64,000 nt of DNA from Mosigvirus mar005p1. Both the position numbers and the translations under genes were made by a program. The stretch is from sequence record OZ035759.1; one strand, written 5' to 3'. Shown here piece after piece: positions 1-9,447 of the stretch; position 1 is the stretch's first letter, and each line of letters starts with the position of its first letter. The notes below the pieces were generated by a model that was given only the letters and a program-made list of their open reading frames with translations, was not told where the DNA came from and searched no databases.

Positions 1-254
1 TCTTCAGACGGAGCCAAGTTTTTACGTGCTTCAGCCGATTGTTCTTTCCACCATTTCATAGTGGATTTAGCGAAAACTCGCTTCCCTTTCTGAGAAGCTA
101 AATTAAATTTAATTCGCTTACCTCGTTGAACAAGTTCTTCAAATGATTCAACAACTTCAGGGTCGGAATTATATGCAATAACCGCAAGGTCAATAACAGC
201 CGCTTTTGATGTATTGCCGAATGTTTCAAAATCTATAATAACATCAGTGCTCAT
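1..254 (-). CDS. dexA: Exonuclease A (DexA), N-terminal part; 3' end lies beyond window start
   Basis: Minus-strand ORF starting at ATG 252-254, translating MSTDVIIDFETFGNTSKAAVIDLAVIAYN...; DEDD-type exo I motif (IDFET); sits downstream of dda as in T4. Confidence 0.65.
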   Translation of the reverse strand, partial: MSTDVIIDFETFGNTSKAAVIDLAVIAYNSDPEVVESFEELVQRGKRIKFNLASQKGKRVFAKSTMKWWKEQSAEARKNLAPSE

Positions 255-263
255 AATTTTCTC

Positions 264-1577
264 TCAAATAAAATGGACGTCAAAACGACCACGAGTTGTG
301 CCGACATACAATAACTGTTTAGCTAATTCTGAATCGGCATAATGGATACACGGTGTATAAACAAAGGCCGTGTCAACAGACATACCCTGGGCCTTATGGA
401 AGGTTGATACTGGTAGTGCCTTCACCTTAGTGAACATACGTTTAGCATCCCAGAATTCGCTCCATGGAGCTTTACCACCTTTATTCCAGAATTTGTATGT
501 TTCTGCGGTCTTAGCCAAAAACAAATTGAATTTATAAAGCTCTTCTTCAGAAGAAATAACCTTTATATCTTCGCGGATGTATTCTTCATCATCGCCATAT
601 GTTTCTACTGTAAGATTCCAGTATCGTATCATATACTCGCCTGAAACACCACGTGCTTTAACGAATGTAGACGTTTCTACAGCATCTCGAATACGAACGA
701 ATTGCCCGTTATTGAAAAGCATTTCGGTCATATTTTTACCATCTAGCTTATATGTCTTAGTAAATGGCTCTTGTAGAACAATGACTTCATCTTTAATAAA
801 TGGTTTTTCTGTTTCAAGAAGTTTTCGGCGAATAATTGAATTTAACTTGTCCACCGACTTATTTGTGAATGCCATCATTCGATTTTCGAAAAGGTCTTCA
901 GGAGTTTTAACGACGTTAAAATAGTTCATCATATACGATTTAAGGTCTGTATATCCATGAACGCCGTGTCCATCAACTACTTTATCGTAAATCCATTTGC
1001 CATTACGAATATCAGTCGCAACGTCAATAATTGGTGCATTGCTACGTTTAACTTCTGTAAGGTTGCATTGCACGAAGTCTTTGTGAGTGAAGAAAGGACT
1101 TAGATACGCAGTTGATTCGCCTGGGTCTACCGGTCGAATCTGGCATCGGTCACCAATTCCAATTACTGTGCACCATTTAGGGATACTAGCTAACATTATT
1201 TTAAACAGAGAACGGTCGCACATTGATGCTTCATCAAATAACAGTACACGACACAAGGCTAAGTCGGGAACCTTTTTCTGTTCAAACAATACGTTTTCTT
1301 CGTATGTAGTTGGGTTGATTTTAAGAATGCTATGAATAGTCGATGCTTCTTGACCTGCAAGTTTGCTTAGAACCTTTTTAGCTGCATGTGTAGGGGCTGC
1401 TAAAATAATACCTGATTCTCCGGCAGAAATAAGAGCTTCAACAATAAATCTAGTAAGGGTTGTTTTACCTGTACCGGCAGGCCCATTAATAGTTACGTGA
1501 TGTTTCTTTTCTTTAATAGCTTTCATAACAACGTTGAAGGCGTTTTTCTGGCCGTCAGTCAAATCATCAAATGTCAT
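264..1577 (-). CDS. dda: Dda DNA helicase (SF1B)
   Basis: 437 aa; Walker A GPAGTGKT; near-colinear with T4 Dda as recalled. Confidence 0.93.
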   Translation of the reverse strand: MTFDDLTDGQKNAFNVVMKAIKEKKHHVTINGPAGTGKTTLTRFIVEALISAGESGIILAAPTHAAKKVLSKLAGQEASTIHSILKINPTTYEENVLFEQKKVPDLALCRVLLFDEASMCDRSLFKIMLASIPKWCTVIGIGDRCQIRPVDPGESTAYLSPFFTHKDFVQCNLTEVKRSNAPIIDVATDIRNGKWIYDKVVDGHGVHGYTDLKSYMMNYFNVVKTPEDLFENRMMAFTNKSVDKLNSIIRRKLLETEKPFIKDEVIVLQEPFTKTYKLDGKNMTEMLFNNGQFVRIRDAVETSTFVKARGVSGEYMIRYWNLTVETYGDDEEYIREDIKVISSEEELYKFNLFLAKTAETYKFWNKGGKAPWSEFWDAKRMFTKVKALPVSTFHKAQGMSVDTAFVYTPCIHYADSELAKQLLYVGTTRGRFDVHFI

Positions 1578-1885
1578 CGTAAAGTCCCTGCAATTGGAAT
1601 ACTAACAATACGGCCTGTGTCCAGGATTCGTTGATACAATCTTTGCGTCCCCGCATCTAGTTTAATGTGTTTCATTTCAAGCTTATTAAACCAGAACTTA
1701 CGCGGAGTTTCGACCATTCTTAGAACTCCCATTTTTAAATCTGTTTTATACTGGGTTTTCAAAGTATCGAAAACTTTATCTGCAATATCCTTTCTAAAAA
1801 ATACTGCAGGACGATGCTCATCAAGTGGAACCGGGACAGTAAATCCTTCCATATCTCGATAAACTATTGCATATACATAAACCAT
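1574..1885 (-). CDS. hypothetical protein (dda.1 position)
   Basis: 103-aa ORF; ATGA start/stop overlap with dda. Confidence 0.55.
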   Translation of the reverse strand: MVYVYAIVYRDMEGFTVPVPLDEHRPAVFFRKDIADKVFDTLKTQYKTDLKMGVLRMVETPRKFWFNKLEMKHIKLDAGTQRLYQRILDTGRIVSIPIAGTLR

Positions 1886-1887
1886 AA

Positions 1888-2634
1888 TTAACCTTTAATC
1901 AGTTGGAATAATGATGCGCTAAGTGGTAAGCCACGTTTCAATTTTAATTTACCAATGAAACCAATCTTTTCAAAACGTTGCAGACCTTGGATAACTTTAT
2001 CATATGTATCGAAAAGCGATTCAGCGTCAGTTAATTTAGTTTTAGTTTTCCAGTCAGAGCCTTTAAGAAGAACGTTGAGTTTAGTAAGTTCATGGCCTTC
2101 TGCTTGATGTGAGCCGTTAATGCGTGCTTTCAAAGCAACAATTCTAAGTTTAGATTCGTTAGATAAAGGTTGATTTTTCATCATGTTCGCCATATGCTTA
2201 ACACGATTTTCACGTTTTGCTCGGATTTTTAAAATAGTGCCATAAACATTTTTAATTTGGGCCCATTTCTTCTCGTCGAGATTAAGTTTCTCTACTTTAC
2301 GGGCAGAAGGATTAGCAATACGTCTTGCAACAGCGTCGCGTTTCTCAATAAGTTCTTCTAATGTTAAATCAGAACGAGCCGTGTTATATTTTTTCTTAAC
2401 TGGGATAACATTACCTTTAATGTAGCCTATATCATTATTAAAACGTTCTAAGGATAATTTCTCACCTTCAACAGAGTTATTGAAAGATTCACCTGAGTAA
2501 GCGCAGACCTTTTGATCAAGAATGTTTTTAAGGTAATTAAAGTCTAAGTTAAAATCCTTAGAGCGTCTCTTCGCAGAAGCTCTGGTGTGGTCAAGACGAC
2601 GATTGATTTTGTTAATTTTATTATTTGATAACAT
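1888..2634 (-). CDS. hypothetical basic protein at the T4 srd position (possible anti-sigma Srd-like)
   Basis: 248-aa ORF; identity inferred from position only; preceded by early promoter. Confidence 0.45.
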   Translation of the reverse strand: MLSNNKINKINRRLDHTRASAKRRSKDFNLDFNYLKNILDQKVCAYSGESFNNSVEGEKLSLERFNNDIGYIKGNVIPVKKKYNTARSDLTLEELIEKRDAVARRIANPSARKVEKLNLDEKKWAQIKNVYGTILKIRAKRENRVKHMANMMKNQPLSNESKLRIVALKARINGSHQAEGHELTKLNVLLKGSDWKTKTKLTDAESLFDTYDKVIQGLQRFEKIGFIGKLKLKRGLPLSASLFQLIKG

Positions 2635-2684
2635 AATATTTTCCTCTGTCTTACGGACGTTAAGGTCATTTAGCTGATAAGCTT

Positions 2685-2712
2685 ATAATATCATGCCCTC
2701 AGGTAGTGTACA
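2685..2712 (-). promoter_or_regulatory. T4-type early promoter (-35 TGTACA, -10 TATTAT)
   Basis: Minus strand reads GTGTACA-16 nt-TATTAT upstream of the 1888..2634 gene. Confidence 0.45.
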
Positions 2713-2787
2713 CTCTTTTTTCATAAAATGCTTTAATTTTTTATGTGTTATAATGGTTCTGAGTTCCATCCGGTTATTCCAATTCAG

Positions 2788-3396
2788 TCAGTAACTGACA
2801 ATAGACAGATTCCAGATTGTATAACGTCCATCCTGAATAATAGAATCTACACGCAGTGTAGTCCCTATAGGGAGCATAAATTCACATTCGTCAGATATAA
2901 GTCTAGCATTAGACCGTCTTGTCGCTTCAGGGAAAGCTCCATTGAACTCACAAGATGGCGCAGCCAGAATCATGTTAAGCATATGTTCACGGAAGTTGAA
3001 AGCAAATGGTGCATCTTTAATGCAGAACATATTAAATGTTCCGTAAAAATTATACGAAGCAAAGTTACGTGCTACACCGAACACTGGACTAAAGCTCATT
3101 ACTCTGTCAAATTTAATAATACTACCAACGCCTTTATCGTCGAGTGTGGCCATAGTTTTCTTAGAGATTCCACGATACATTGTCTCAGGAACTGAAGAAG
3201 ACCAATTTCTACGAACAATTGCACTTAAATCTTGTTGGATGCTATCAGGCTTGTTTTCCATACACTGCCACAGTACACTTTGTTCAATGTCGCTGAATTG
3301 CTCATCGATTTTGTACTGAAGCATATCTTGATAATCTGGACATTGGGCACGACGAACCATTTCTTCAATTTCACACTCGTTATACGGCATAAACAT
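2788..3396 (-). CDS. modA: ADP-ribosyltransferase ModA-like
   Basis: 202 aa; R-S-ExE ART signature elements (YRG, ECEF); position after srd slot as in T4. Confidence 0.65.
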   Translation of the reverse strand: MFMPYNECEIEEMVRRAQCPDYQDMLQYKIDEQFSDIEQSVLWQCMENKPDSIQQDLSAIVRRNWSSSVPETMYRGISKKTMATLDDKGVGSIIKFDRVMSFSPVFGVARNFASYNFYGTFNMFCIKDAPFAFNFREHMLNMILAAPSCEFNGAFPEATRRSNARLISDECEFMLPIGTTLRVDSIIQDGRYTIWNLSIVSY

Positions 3397-3424
3397 TTTG
3401 GTTTCTCCTCTGGGTGATAGATCT

Positions 3425-3453
3425 ATAATATCATCGTCTGTAGAGTTTGTACA
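3425..3453 (-). promoter_or_regulatory. T4-type early promoter upstream of modA
   Basis: Minus strand TGTACA-17 nt-TATTAT, followed by AGGAG SD and ATG. Confidence 0.45.
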
Positions 3454-4035
3454 CTAAAAATTCAACATTTTCAAATGAATGATTTTGTATAATCGAGATA
3501 AAGGGTCATATTCTAAGTCTTCAATTTCCACAATCTCAAATCTAGAGATACCTGAGACCATGTACTCTTGTTCAGATTCAATCATATCTAGGACGTCAAC
3601 ACGCGTTTCTTCCATAACATGCTTAGGGTTCTTTCCGGCGAGTACAATGTTAACCATGTTTTGGTAGTAATCAAAAATGAACGGAGCATTCCTGAGACTA
3701 AGAATAGTGTACGTCTGATATTCCCATCTCCCAGAGAATTGACGAGCTGTACTGAAATCAGTTGTGAACGATGTTACTCGTCCAGGAGACCAATGGCATC
3801 CAACAGAAAGAAGTGAAAGACGTTCTACTTCTTCTGGAGTTACACCGCGGTAGAGTTCTACTGGTACTGTAGAAGTCATATGCTTACGAACAAGATGGTC
3901 TAATTCATAGTGGAAATCCGGGTCTTCCTTAGAATCGGTGCAAGCCCAGAGAATGTTTTGTTCTTGGCGGGTGAATTTGCTATCAATCAGATTTGTTAGG
4001 TATTCGCGTTCTTGAAGTTCAGATTGACATGTCAT
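3454..4035 (-). CDS. modB: ADP-ribosyltransferase ModB-like
   Basis: 193 aa; YRG...STAR...ESEQE motifs; paralogue of adjacent modA. Confidence 0.65.
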   Translation of the reverse strand: MTCQSELQEREYLTNLIDSKFTRQEQNILWACTDSKEDPDFHYELDHLVRKHMTSTVPVELYRGVTPEEVERLSLLSVGCHWSPGRVTSFTTDFSTARQFSGRWEYQTYTILSLRNAPFIFDYYQNMVNIVLAGKNPKHVMEETRVDVLDMIESEQEYMVSGISRFEIVEIEDLEYDPLSRLYKIIHLKMLNF

Positions 4036-4062
4036 GATAGACCTCCATTTAAAGATAAGCCT

Positions 4063-4091
4063 ATCATAACACGAGAGGAGGGAATGTAAAC
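4063..4091 (-). promoter_or_regulatory. T4-type early promoter upstream of modB
   Basis: Minus strand GTTTACA-16 nt-TATGAT, then SD and ATG at 4035. Confidence 0.55.
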
Positions 4092-4255
4092 TATTTTTTA
4101 AGCTTTCCTACTAAAGGTCCATCAGGGCCAGGTTGTTCTAACATGAATAACGATGCTTTAAAAAGCAATGTCAACCCTTTCACCATTCGATACCATGTCT
4201 CAAAGTCTTTTTCCTTGATTTCTAGTAAGAATTTCTCTTTAAATTTCTCTTTCAT
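4091..4255 (-). CDS. small hypothetical protein (54 aa)
   Basis: ORF below the 60-aa track threshold; ATGA overlap with upstream ORF suggests translational coupling. Confidence 0.3.
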   Translation of the reverse strand: MKEKFKEKFLLEIKEKDFETWYRMVKGLTLLFKASLFMLEQPGPDGPLVGKLKK

Positions 4256-4440
4256 TTCCAAGGACTCCATGGTGGAGGGTCGTCATAATAAGACGCTAGG
4301 TCTTTCAGGACTTCTAACGGTAAACTAAAACCATGACGTTGTATAATATTACCAATTTCATTGACAAGTTCACCACGTTGTTCTTTAGGAGCCTCAACTT
4401 CGGACTCATCAAACATACTCATCAAGTCCATATTATTCAC
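4252..4440 (-). CDS. hypothetical protein
   Basis: 62-aa ORF, start overlaps stop of upstream gene. Confidence 0.45.
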   Translation of the reverse strand: MNNMDLMSMFDESEVEAPKEQRGELVNEIGNIIQRHGFSLPLEVLKDLASYYDDPPPWSPWK

Positions 4441-4897
4441 CGAGATAAAAACTAGCCGGTTCAGAGAATGTTTCTAGTGCTACACCTTTTGTCTTAAAAA
4501 ATTTCCAAATAGCTCGTTGCAAATGGATTAAATCTGCTAATGATGTAATAAAGTATTTTTTGGCAAAATACGTATGGTCTCGCTTTTCAAACAGGTCTAA
4601 ACGCTTTTCAGGATTCACATAAACGGCATTTTCTGTAGATTCATACCCTAAGTCCTTTATGCCTTCTTCAAGACTAAACGGAGAATTTTTAGAATGAGTA
4701 ATAGCTCCAACTCGCTCTACACGAATTTTGTAACCTTTAGGAATCTGCAATTTGCAGAATTCTTCTACGATATATTGCGGATTATTTAGACTTTTGTTAA
4801 TGAGAATAGCTATTTCTAGTGGAGTCTTATCTTCCACTGGTATATGTTTAAATGACTTGGCTTCAAGCAAATACATTTTAAATAGCATAGCATCCAT
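4433..4897 (-). CDS. hypothetical protein (T4 mrh-region position)
   Basis: 154-aa ORF in operon context. Confidence 0.55.
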   Translation of the reverse strand: MDAMLFKMYLLEAKSFKHIPVEDKTPLEIAILINKSLNNPQYIVEEFCKLQIPKGYKIRVERVGAITHSKNSPFSLEEGIKDLGYESTENAVYVNPEKRLDLFEKRDHTYFAKKYFITSLADLIHLQRAIWKFFKTKGVALETFSEPASFYLGE

Positions 4898-5076
4898 TAT
4901 AATTTCCTCGATGGTTCACCCATATAAAGTTTTACAATACGTTCGCCTTCATCTTCGACGAGCTTCTCTTCATGTTTCTGGAATTCTTTAGCCATATTCT
5001 CTTCAAGAACATCCAGCCAATCTTCTGGTCCGACACCATCATTCCAGCTTTTAAACCATTTTACTATTCTGTTCAT
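4897..5076 (-). CDS. small hypothetical protein (59 aa)
   Basis: ORF just below track threshold; ATGA overlap with upstream gene, TAATG overlap with downstream gene. Confidence 0.4.
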   Translation of the reverse strand: MNRIVKWFKSWNDGVGPEDWLDVLEENMAKEFQKHEEKLVEDEGERIVKLYMGEPSRKL

Positions 5077-5309
5077 TCGCAGCTCCCTGAGTCCGAACTA
5101 CAATCGGAATAACTTGAACCAGAATCTCCAGACCAGGATGATACGTAAGAATGATTATAACTTGAAGAGTTTGAAGCAGACTTAGGACGAATAACTTCTT
5201 CCATCATGCCGTCACCAATGTATTCCCAACTTTTTTCGTGTGTATCAGGAATAGGCATCATACCTTCGCCCGGTTTAGCAGCAAACAACTTCTTCAGCAT
5301 CGTAAGCAT
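5073..5309 (-). CDS. hypothetical protein with Ser-rich low-complexity C-terminus
   Basis: Track ORF 5073..5384 trimmed to internal ATG with AGGA SD; start uncertain. Confidence 0.4.
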   Translation of the reverse strand: MLTMLKKLFAAKPGEGMMPIPDTHEKSWEYIGDGMMEEVIRPKSASNSSSYNHSYVSSWSGDSGSSYSDCSSDSGSCE

Positions 5310-5502
5310 TAATTGTTCCTCGAACAAAACGAACACCACCATCATCCCAACGGATTTCGGCATTAAATTTGACGTCTTCACCATCCATCATGAATGAGTG
5401 TACGACTACGTCATCATAATATCCAAGACCGTATTTCAACGAAACTTCTTGTGCAATCAAAGCACCTAATGTGTTATTAGGTTTAATCCAACGATTTAAC
5501 AT
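5275..5502 (-). CDS. hypothetical protein
   Basis: Track ORF 5275..5571 trimmed to internal ATG preceded by GAGGAG; 5' extension overlaps promoter. Confidence 0.45.
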   Translation of the reverse strand: MLNRWIKPNNTLGALIAQEVSLKYGLGYYDDVVVHSFMMDGEDVKFNAEIRWDDGGVRFVRGTINAYDAEEVVCC

Positions 5503-5530
5503 ATTGTTCTCCTCTTGAGTAAGTAAAAAT

Positions 5531-5560
5531 ATCTTAACACAGTTTTTAGTGGTTGTAAAC
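5531..5560 (-). promoter_or_regulatory. T4-type early promoter
   Basis: Minus strand GTTTACA-~18 nt-TAAGAT. Confidence 0.4.
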
Positions 5561-5565
5561 TGTAG

Positions 5566-5594
5566 AAACAAAAAAGGAATCCCGAAGGATTCCT
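5566..5594 (-). terminator. Rho-independent terminator downstream of soc (UUCG tetraloop hairpin + U-run)
   Basis: Minus strand AGGAAUCC-UUCG-GGAUUCCU followed by UUUUUUGUUU. Confidence 0.7.
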
Positions 5595-5602
5595 TAAATT
5601 AT

Positions 5603-5839
5603 TTAACCACTTACTGGTGTAGGGGTAAACATTGCAGCATTCTTAGTTTTCCAGTCAGCTGCATCAGAAACTACAGTAGAATATGCTGCCTTTTCTGATG
5701 GAAAGATTTGGTAATGAGAATCCGCAATCCGATGTTCGTTTGAATAAATCTCAAACGGTACAGAAACTTCCATACCTTTAACTTCTTTGCCTTCACCAGC
5801 AGGATGCGTAAAGGTTTTGATATTAACGTAACCACCCAT
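5603..5839 (-). CDS. soc: Small outer capsid protein Soc
   Basis: 78 aa; GYVNIKTF...HYQ.FPSEKAAYSTV resembles T4 Soc as recalled. Confidence 0.8.
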   Translation of the reverse strand: MGGYVNIKTFTHPAGEGKEVKGMEVSVPFEIYSNEHRIADSHYQIFPSEKAAYSTVVSDAADWKTKNAAMFTPTPVSG

Positions 5840-5884
5840 AATTAACTCCTTTGTTGTTTAATTACAGGTGTATTTATAACTTAA

Positions 5885-6406
5885 TCAGTAACCATTATCC
5901 TGACGTTCAAAGTTGTGTTGGTTTTTCAAGTAGTAAAGTTTAAAGATTTCTTCTGCAGTGAGTCCAAGACCCTGGAACATATTCAGAACAAAGTGGAGGA
6001 TATCAATCATCTCGAATTTAATTTCAAGCTGGTCTTCAGGGGACAGTTCATCGATACGACGATTACGATATTCGGCATGTTGTGCTTTCCAAGGCTTCCA
6101 TACAGAGCTAGCGGCTTTTTCACCATTGCTCATACCACCAAGTGAAGTCAGCAGTTCACGGAATTCATCATCAATATAATCTTTCTGATTACGCAGCCAA
6201 TCAACAACATCACCAGCAGTAGCCAATTCATCAGGATGTTTGTTATGTTCAGGCTTGTCATTTGCCAGACGAACCTGTAAAGATTTCTGCATATCAAGCA
6301 TTACCTGCAGTGGGTCTTTATCTTCGTGAATCAGAGCATTAAAATAAGCTTCTTCTGCTTTATCAACACCAGAAATAAGTTGTGAACATTCGTTAAAGTG
6401 TGCCAT
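5885..6406 (-). CDS. 56: dCTP pyrophosphatase (gp56)
   Basis: 173 aa; colinear with T4 gp56 (MAHFNEC...LYYLKN...ARQDNGY). Confidence 0.88.
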   Translation of the reverse strand: MAHFNECSQLISGVDKAEEAYFNALIHEDKDPLQVMLDMQKSLQVRLANDKPEHNKHPDELATAGDVVDWLRNQKDYIDDEFRELLTSLGGMSNGEKAASSVWKPWKAQHAEYRNRRIDELSPEDQLEIKFEMIDILHFVLNMFQGLGLTAEEIFKLYYLKNQHNFERQDNGY

Positions 6407-6496
6407 TATTTTTTCCTTTCAATTCAGTATAAGAGAGTTAATTCTAACATTAATTTTATAAAGCGTAATAAATAATAAGGTAACTAAGGAGATATT

Positions 6497-6694
6497 ATGT
6501 TTAAACTTCCATCGTTAATCAACGCTATTAAAGGCAATAAAAAGAAAACTGCTATCGCTGCAATAGTTGTAGGTGGCATTATTTCATGGAACTTCGGGAT
6601 TGCACCATTGTTAGTTGCCCATGGTATTATAGTTCCTTCTGTTCCATTGGATACTGTAGTTGATTTGGCCTTTGCTATTGTAGGACTGGTTTAA
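6497..6694 (+). CDS. small hydrophobic membrane protein, plus strand
   Basis: 65-aa ORF preceded by canonical RBS TAAGGAGATATT-ATG; lies in the 56-61 gap. Confidence 0.5.
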   Translation: MFKLPSLINAIKGNKKKTAIAAIVVGGIISWNFGIAPLLVAHGIIVPSVPLDTVVDLAFAIVGLV

Positions 6695-7713
6695 ATCTTC
6701 GAATAACGAGATAATCTCATTTTAGCATGCAACCCACTCGAAATATTCTGTTTCATATATTCTAAAATTTCTTGTGGTGTTGCATTTTCTTTCATTACCA
6801 TATCATTCACATCCTTTGATCTCCATGGAGCTCGGTCCCAGAACATGACACGTTCGCCTGCATCAACTAATCGCTTCATGCGAGCTATAGTATCCGGATG
6901 CCTAGGTTCATTATCCATTACCCATACCCGACGTTCTTTAAATGGTACCACATCTAAATCTATTGAGCCGCCTGTAATAGCGATTGCATTGGGTATGAAT
7001 AAACTATCAATAGGGCCTTCCATTACCCAGACGTCTCCTTCCTTAACACGTTCAACACCATAAATTTTTGTTGCCGACTCAAACGCTTTAATAGTGATAT
7101 ATTTCTGAGGAGCATCTTTACGAAGTGCACGCCCTTGGAATGACTCGGCCTTCCCATCTTTATTAAAAATAGGAATCACTAAACGTGGTTCGGGAATCTC
7201 TTTCTTATACGTACCAGGTTGAATCTTGTTGACCAATTTGGGCCATTCTAATGTGAACCATAGTCTATTCCATGATTCTTTAGGAATGCATCTAGACTTA
7301 ACATATTTCACAATAGGATGCTCTTCAGGCAGCTTGTCCAGACGAGAACAAGACGGCAAAGAATTTATAGTCTTTTTCTCCGGTTCTGGTTTATGTTCAG
7401 GAACCTTTTCAATCTTTGGTTCCATTCTAGCTTTTTCTTTACGAACTTCCATTAGATATTCGCGATAAAGCTCTTCATCATACTCTTTTAAGTATCCGGA
7501 AATTGTATTGTGGTATTGACAGTTATAGCAATGTACATTACCAGGAGTACCGCCATAATACCATCCGCGAGCTTTCATTGCATCTGTCTGGGAGTCGCCA
7601 CAAACTGGACATCGAAATGTTAATTTAAATGTGCTTGAATTATTGATTTGTCTAAAACGAGGTAGGTGAGAAAACGCACGATAAGCAAATTCATTATCTA
7701 TCCATTCAGCCAT
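6691..7713 (-). CDS. 61: DNA primase (gp61)
   Basis: 340 aa; N-terminal zinc ribbon CPVCGDS...C..C; position between 56 and 41. Confidence 0.82.
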   Translation of the reverse strand: MAEWIDNEFAYRAFSHLPRFRQINNSSTFKLTFRCPVCGDSQTDAMKARGWYYGGTPGNVHCYNCQYHNTISGYLKEYDEELYREYLMEVRKEKARMEPKIEKVPEHKPEPEKKTINSLPSCSRLDKLPEEHPIVKYVKSRCIPKESWNRLWFTLEWPKLVNKIQPGTYKKEIPEPRLVIPIFNKDGKAESFQGRALRKDAPQKYITIKAFESATKIYGVERVKEGDVWVMEGPIDSLFIPNAIAITGGSIDLDVVPFKERRVWVMDNEPRHPDTIARMKRLVDAGERVMFWDRAPWRSKDVNDMVMKENATPQEILEYMKQNISSGLHAKMRLSRYSKI

Positions 7714-7752
7714 AGTATTCTCCAGAGGCCTTAAATTAATAAGGCCATCTTA

Positions 7753-8247
7753 TCACAACTTATTAATATTTACTTTAATTCGCTTTCTTTTCTTGGAAGG
7801 AATTTGTTCTGGACCTTTATTTACGACTGCACCTGTAGTTGTTCCTGATGCAATAGCTTGAGGACTGCCGCCTGAATCACCAGCAACCATATCCTCAAAT
7901 AAAGGGAGTTCTTTAAATATTTCTTTCTGTTGTTCTTCAGTAATGTTATAGCGTGAAGCTACAGCACTCCAGGCAGACATCATTGAGGCCATTCCATTAA
8001 GACCCGGAACAGTGCTCATCATTCGCTTCATTGAACGAACTGAAGCATGAAAAGGTGTATAAGCCGCTTTCTCTTCAGGAGTGGAAGGACGTTTAAGAAC
8101 ACTTCCACGTTCATCGATGATTTTGGCTTCATATGCTTTCCATTCGGTAAAAGGTTTTTGCATTAGTCGAATAAACTTATATGCGTAAACAGAATCTATT
8201 GTAGTGTTAATAATACCCATAGGTACCTCCTGAGTATATTTAATCAA
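7753..8247 (-). CDS. hypothetical protein (61.1 region)
   Basis: 164-aa ORF. Confidence 0.55.
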   Translation of the reverse strand: MIKYTQEVPMGIINTTIDSVYAYKFIRLMQKPFTEWKAYEAKIIDERGSVLKRPSTPEEKAAYTPFHASVRSMKRMMSTVPGLNGMASMMSAWSAVASRYNITEEQQKEIFKELPLFEDMVAGDSGGSPQAIASGTTTGAVVNKGPEQIPSKKRKRIKVNINKL

Positions 8248-8437
8248 TCACAAAGATCGCTTTATCACCGTTCGCATCTGTGACTTCATATGTAGTGCCT
8301 TCATACTGTGGAATATTCCAAATTACACCGTCATTAGCTTTTACGCTAATACGGCATTGGTGTTTTGAAACAACTTCATAATCTTCAAAACTTGTAAAAA
8401 CACTAATTTTAGAACCGGTGCAAATTGCAGTAGTCAT
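8240..8437 (-). CDS. hypothetical protein
   Basis: 65-aa ORF, overlapping stop/start with neighbours. Confidence 0.5.
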   Translation of the reverse strand: MTTAICTGSKISVFTSFEDYEVVSKHQCRISVKANDGVIWNIPQYEGTTYEVTDANGDKAIFVID

Positions 8438-8438
8438 T

Positions 8439-9098
8439 TTAACCTCGATTCATAAATGCATTAAATATTTGGTCATCAACAGAAATTTCTAATTCGACTT
8501 CAATTGCTTCGGCCTTTTCTTCAGGTGGTAATTCGTATCCACACACTACAATTTTTTCATCGATATCAAAATATACAGAAGCAATACGATTAATGTTACT
8601 TTCAGTTAAGTCTAAATCAACATCAACATCTTTTTGACCTACACTTAAAGGATAACTAATACGGGTTATTTTATTATCTTTAACAAAGAGTCCACCAACA
8701 TACTCTGTACTACGTTTAAAGTTTACACGTTTCCGAATTGAAAGATATGATGCATCTTTACCATGAGCTCGGCTCATAGGACATAATGAATAGCTAGAAT
8801 AAGAGATGTCAAATCCTACACCTTCAATATGAGCCAACGTGTCATGATTAAACCAATTATAATCATATGCCAAATCCATTATATTGTAATATGTGAAAGG
8901 CACAGGATTAACATCATATGTTGTACCTTTAAAATCTGCCCAGGCAACGATTTCATTATCTTTAACAATTACAAAAATTACACCAATATGATATCCGTTA
9001 TTATTTTCGTTCGGCGTTATATTATAACATTGTGCATTAGGAAATTTACCATATTTAAATGGTGCGTTTTTGTGCATATAATAAATCATATTATTCAC
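8439..9098 (-). CDS. hypothetical protein
   Basis: 219-aa ORF. Confidence 0.55.
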   Translation of the reverse strand: MNNMIYYMHKNAPFKYGKFPNAQCYNITPNENNNGYHIGVIFVIVKDNEIVAWADFKGTTYDVNPVPFTYYNIMDLAYDYNWFNHDTLAHIEGVGFDISYSSYSLCPMSRAHGKDASYLSIRKRVNFKRSTEYVGGLFVKDNKITRISYPLSVGQKDVDVDLDLTESNINRIASVYFDIDEKIVVCGYELPPEEKAEAIEVELEISVDDQIFNAFMNRG

Positions 9099-9384
9099 CT
9101 GTGATTTCGGTTACGATATCTTTGTTATCGAAATTAGGGTCACAATACAAAACATAGTTGTACTGCATGATACCACCAGACTTAAGTTGTTCAACAACTT
9201 TATTAACCATATTAGGACGGTCTCGTTTAGTGATGTTCATAATATCAGAGAAGATTTGTTGTTCAACATCTTCTTGATTTGCAGTCATTGACCACTCACA
9301 GAGGTCTTTATCATAACCTGCCGTAACTGGAGCCGGTGCACATGATACTGCAAGTAAGATTGCTGCCAATGATAACTTTTTCAT
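9091..9384 (-). CDS. sp: Spackle-like periplasmic protein (inhibitor of gp5 lysozyme)
   Basis: 97 aa with signal peptide MKKLSLAAILLAVSCAPA; size and position match T4 sp. Confidence 0.65.
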   Translation of the reverse strand: MKKLSLAAILLAVSCAPAPVTAGYDKDLCEWSMTANQEDVEQQIFSDIMNITKRDRPNMVNKVVEQLKSGGIMQYNYVLYCDPNFDNKDIVTEITGE

Positions 9385-9413
9385 TTTAACTCCTTAGTTG
9401 ATTTGATAGGACT

Positions 9414-9443
9414 ACTATACTATAGTCCATCTATAATGTAAAC
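9414..9443 (-). promoter_or_regulatory. T4-type early promoter upstream of sp
   Basis: Minus strand GTTTACA-~17 nt-TATAGT. Confidence 0.5.
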
Positions 9444-9447
9444 AAGT

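Noticed and set aside
577-1335. Plus-strand ORFs 577..924 and 1087..1335 inside dda
   Set aside because: Antisense to a well-supported helicase gene; no RBS; typical shadow ORFs.
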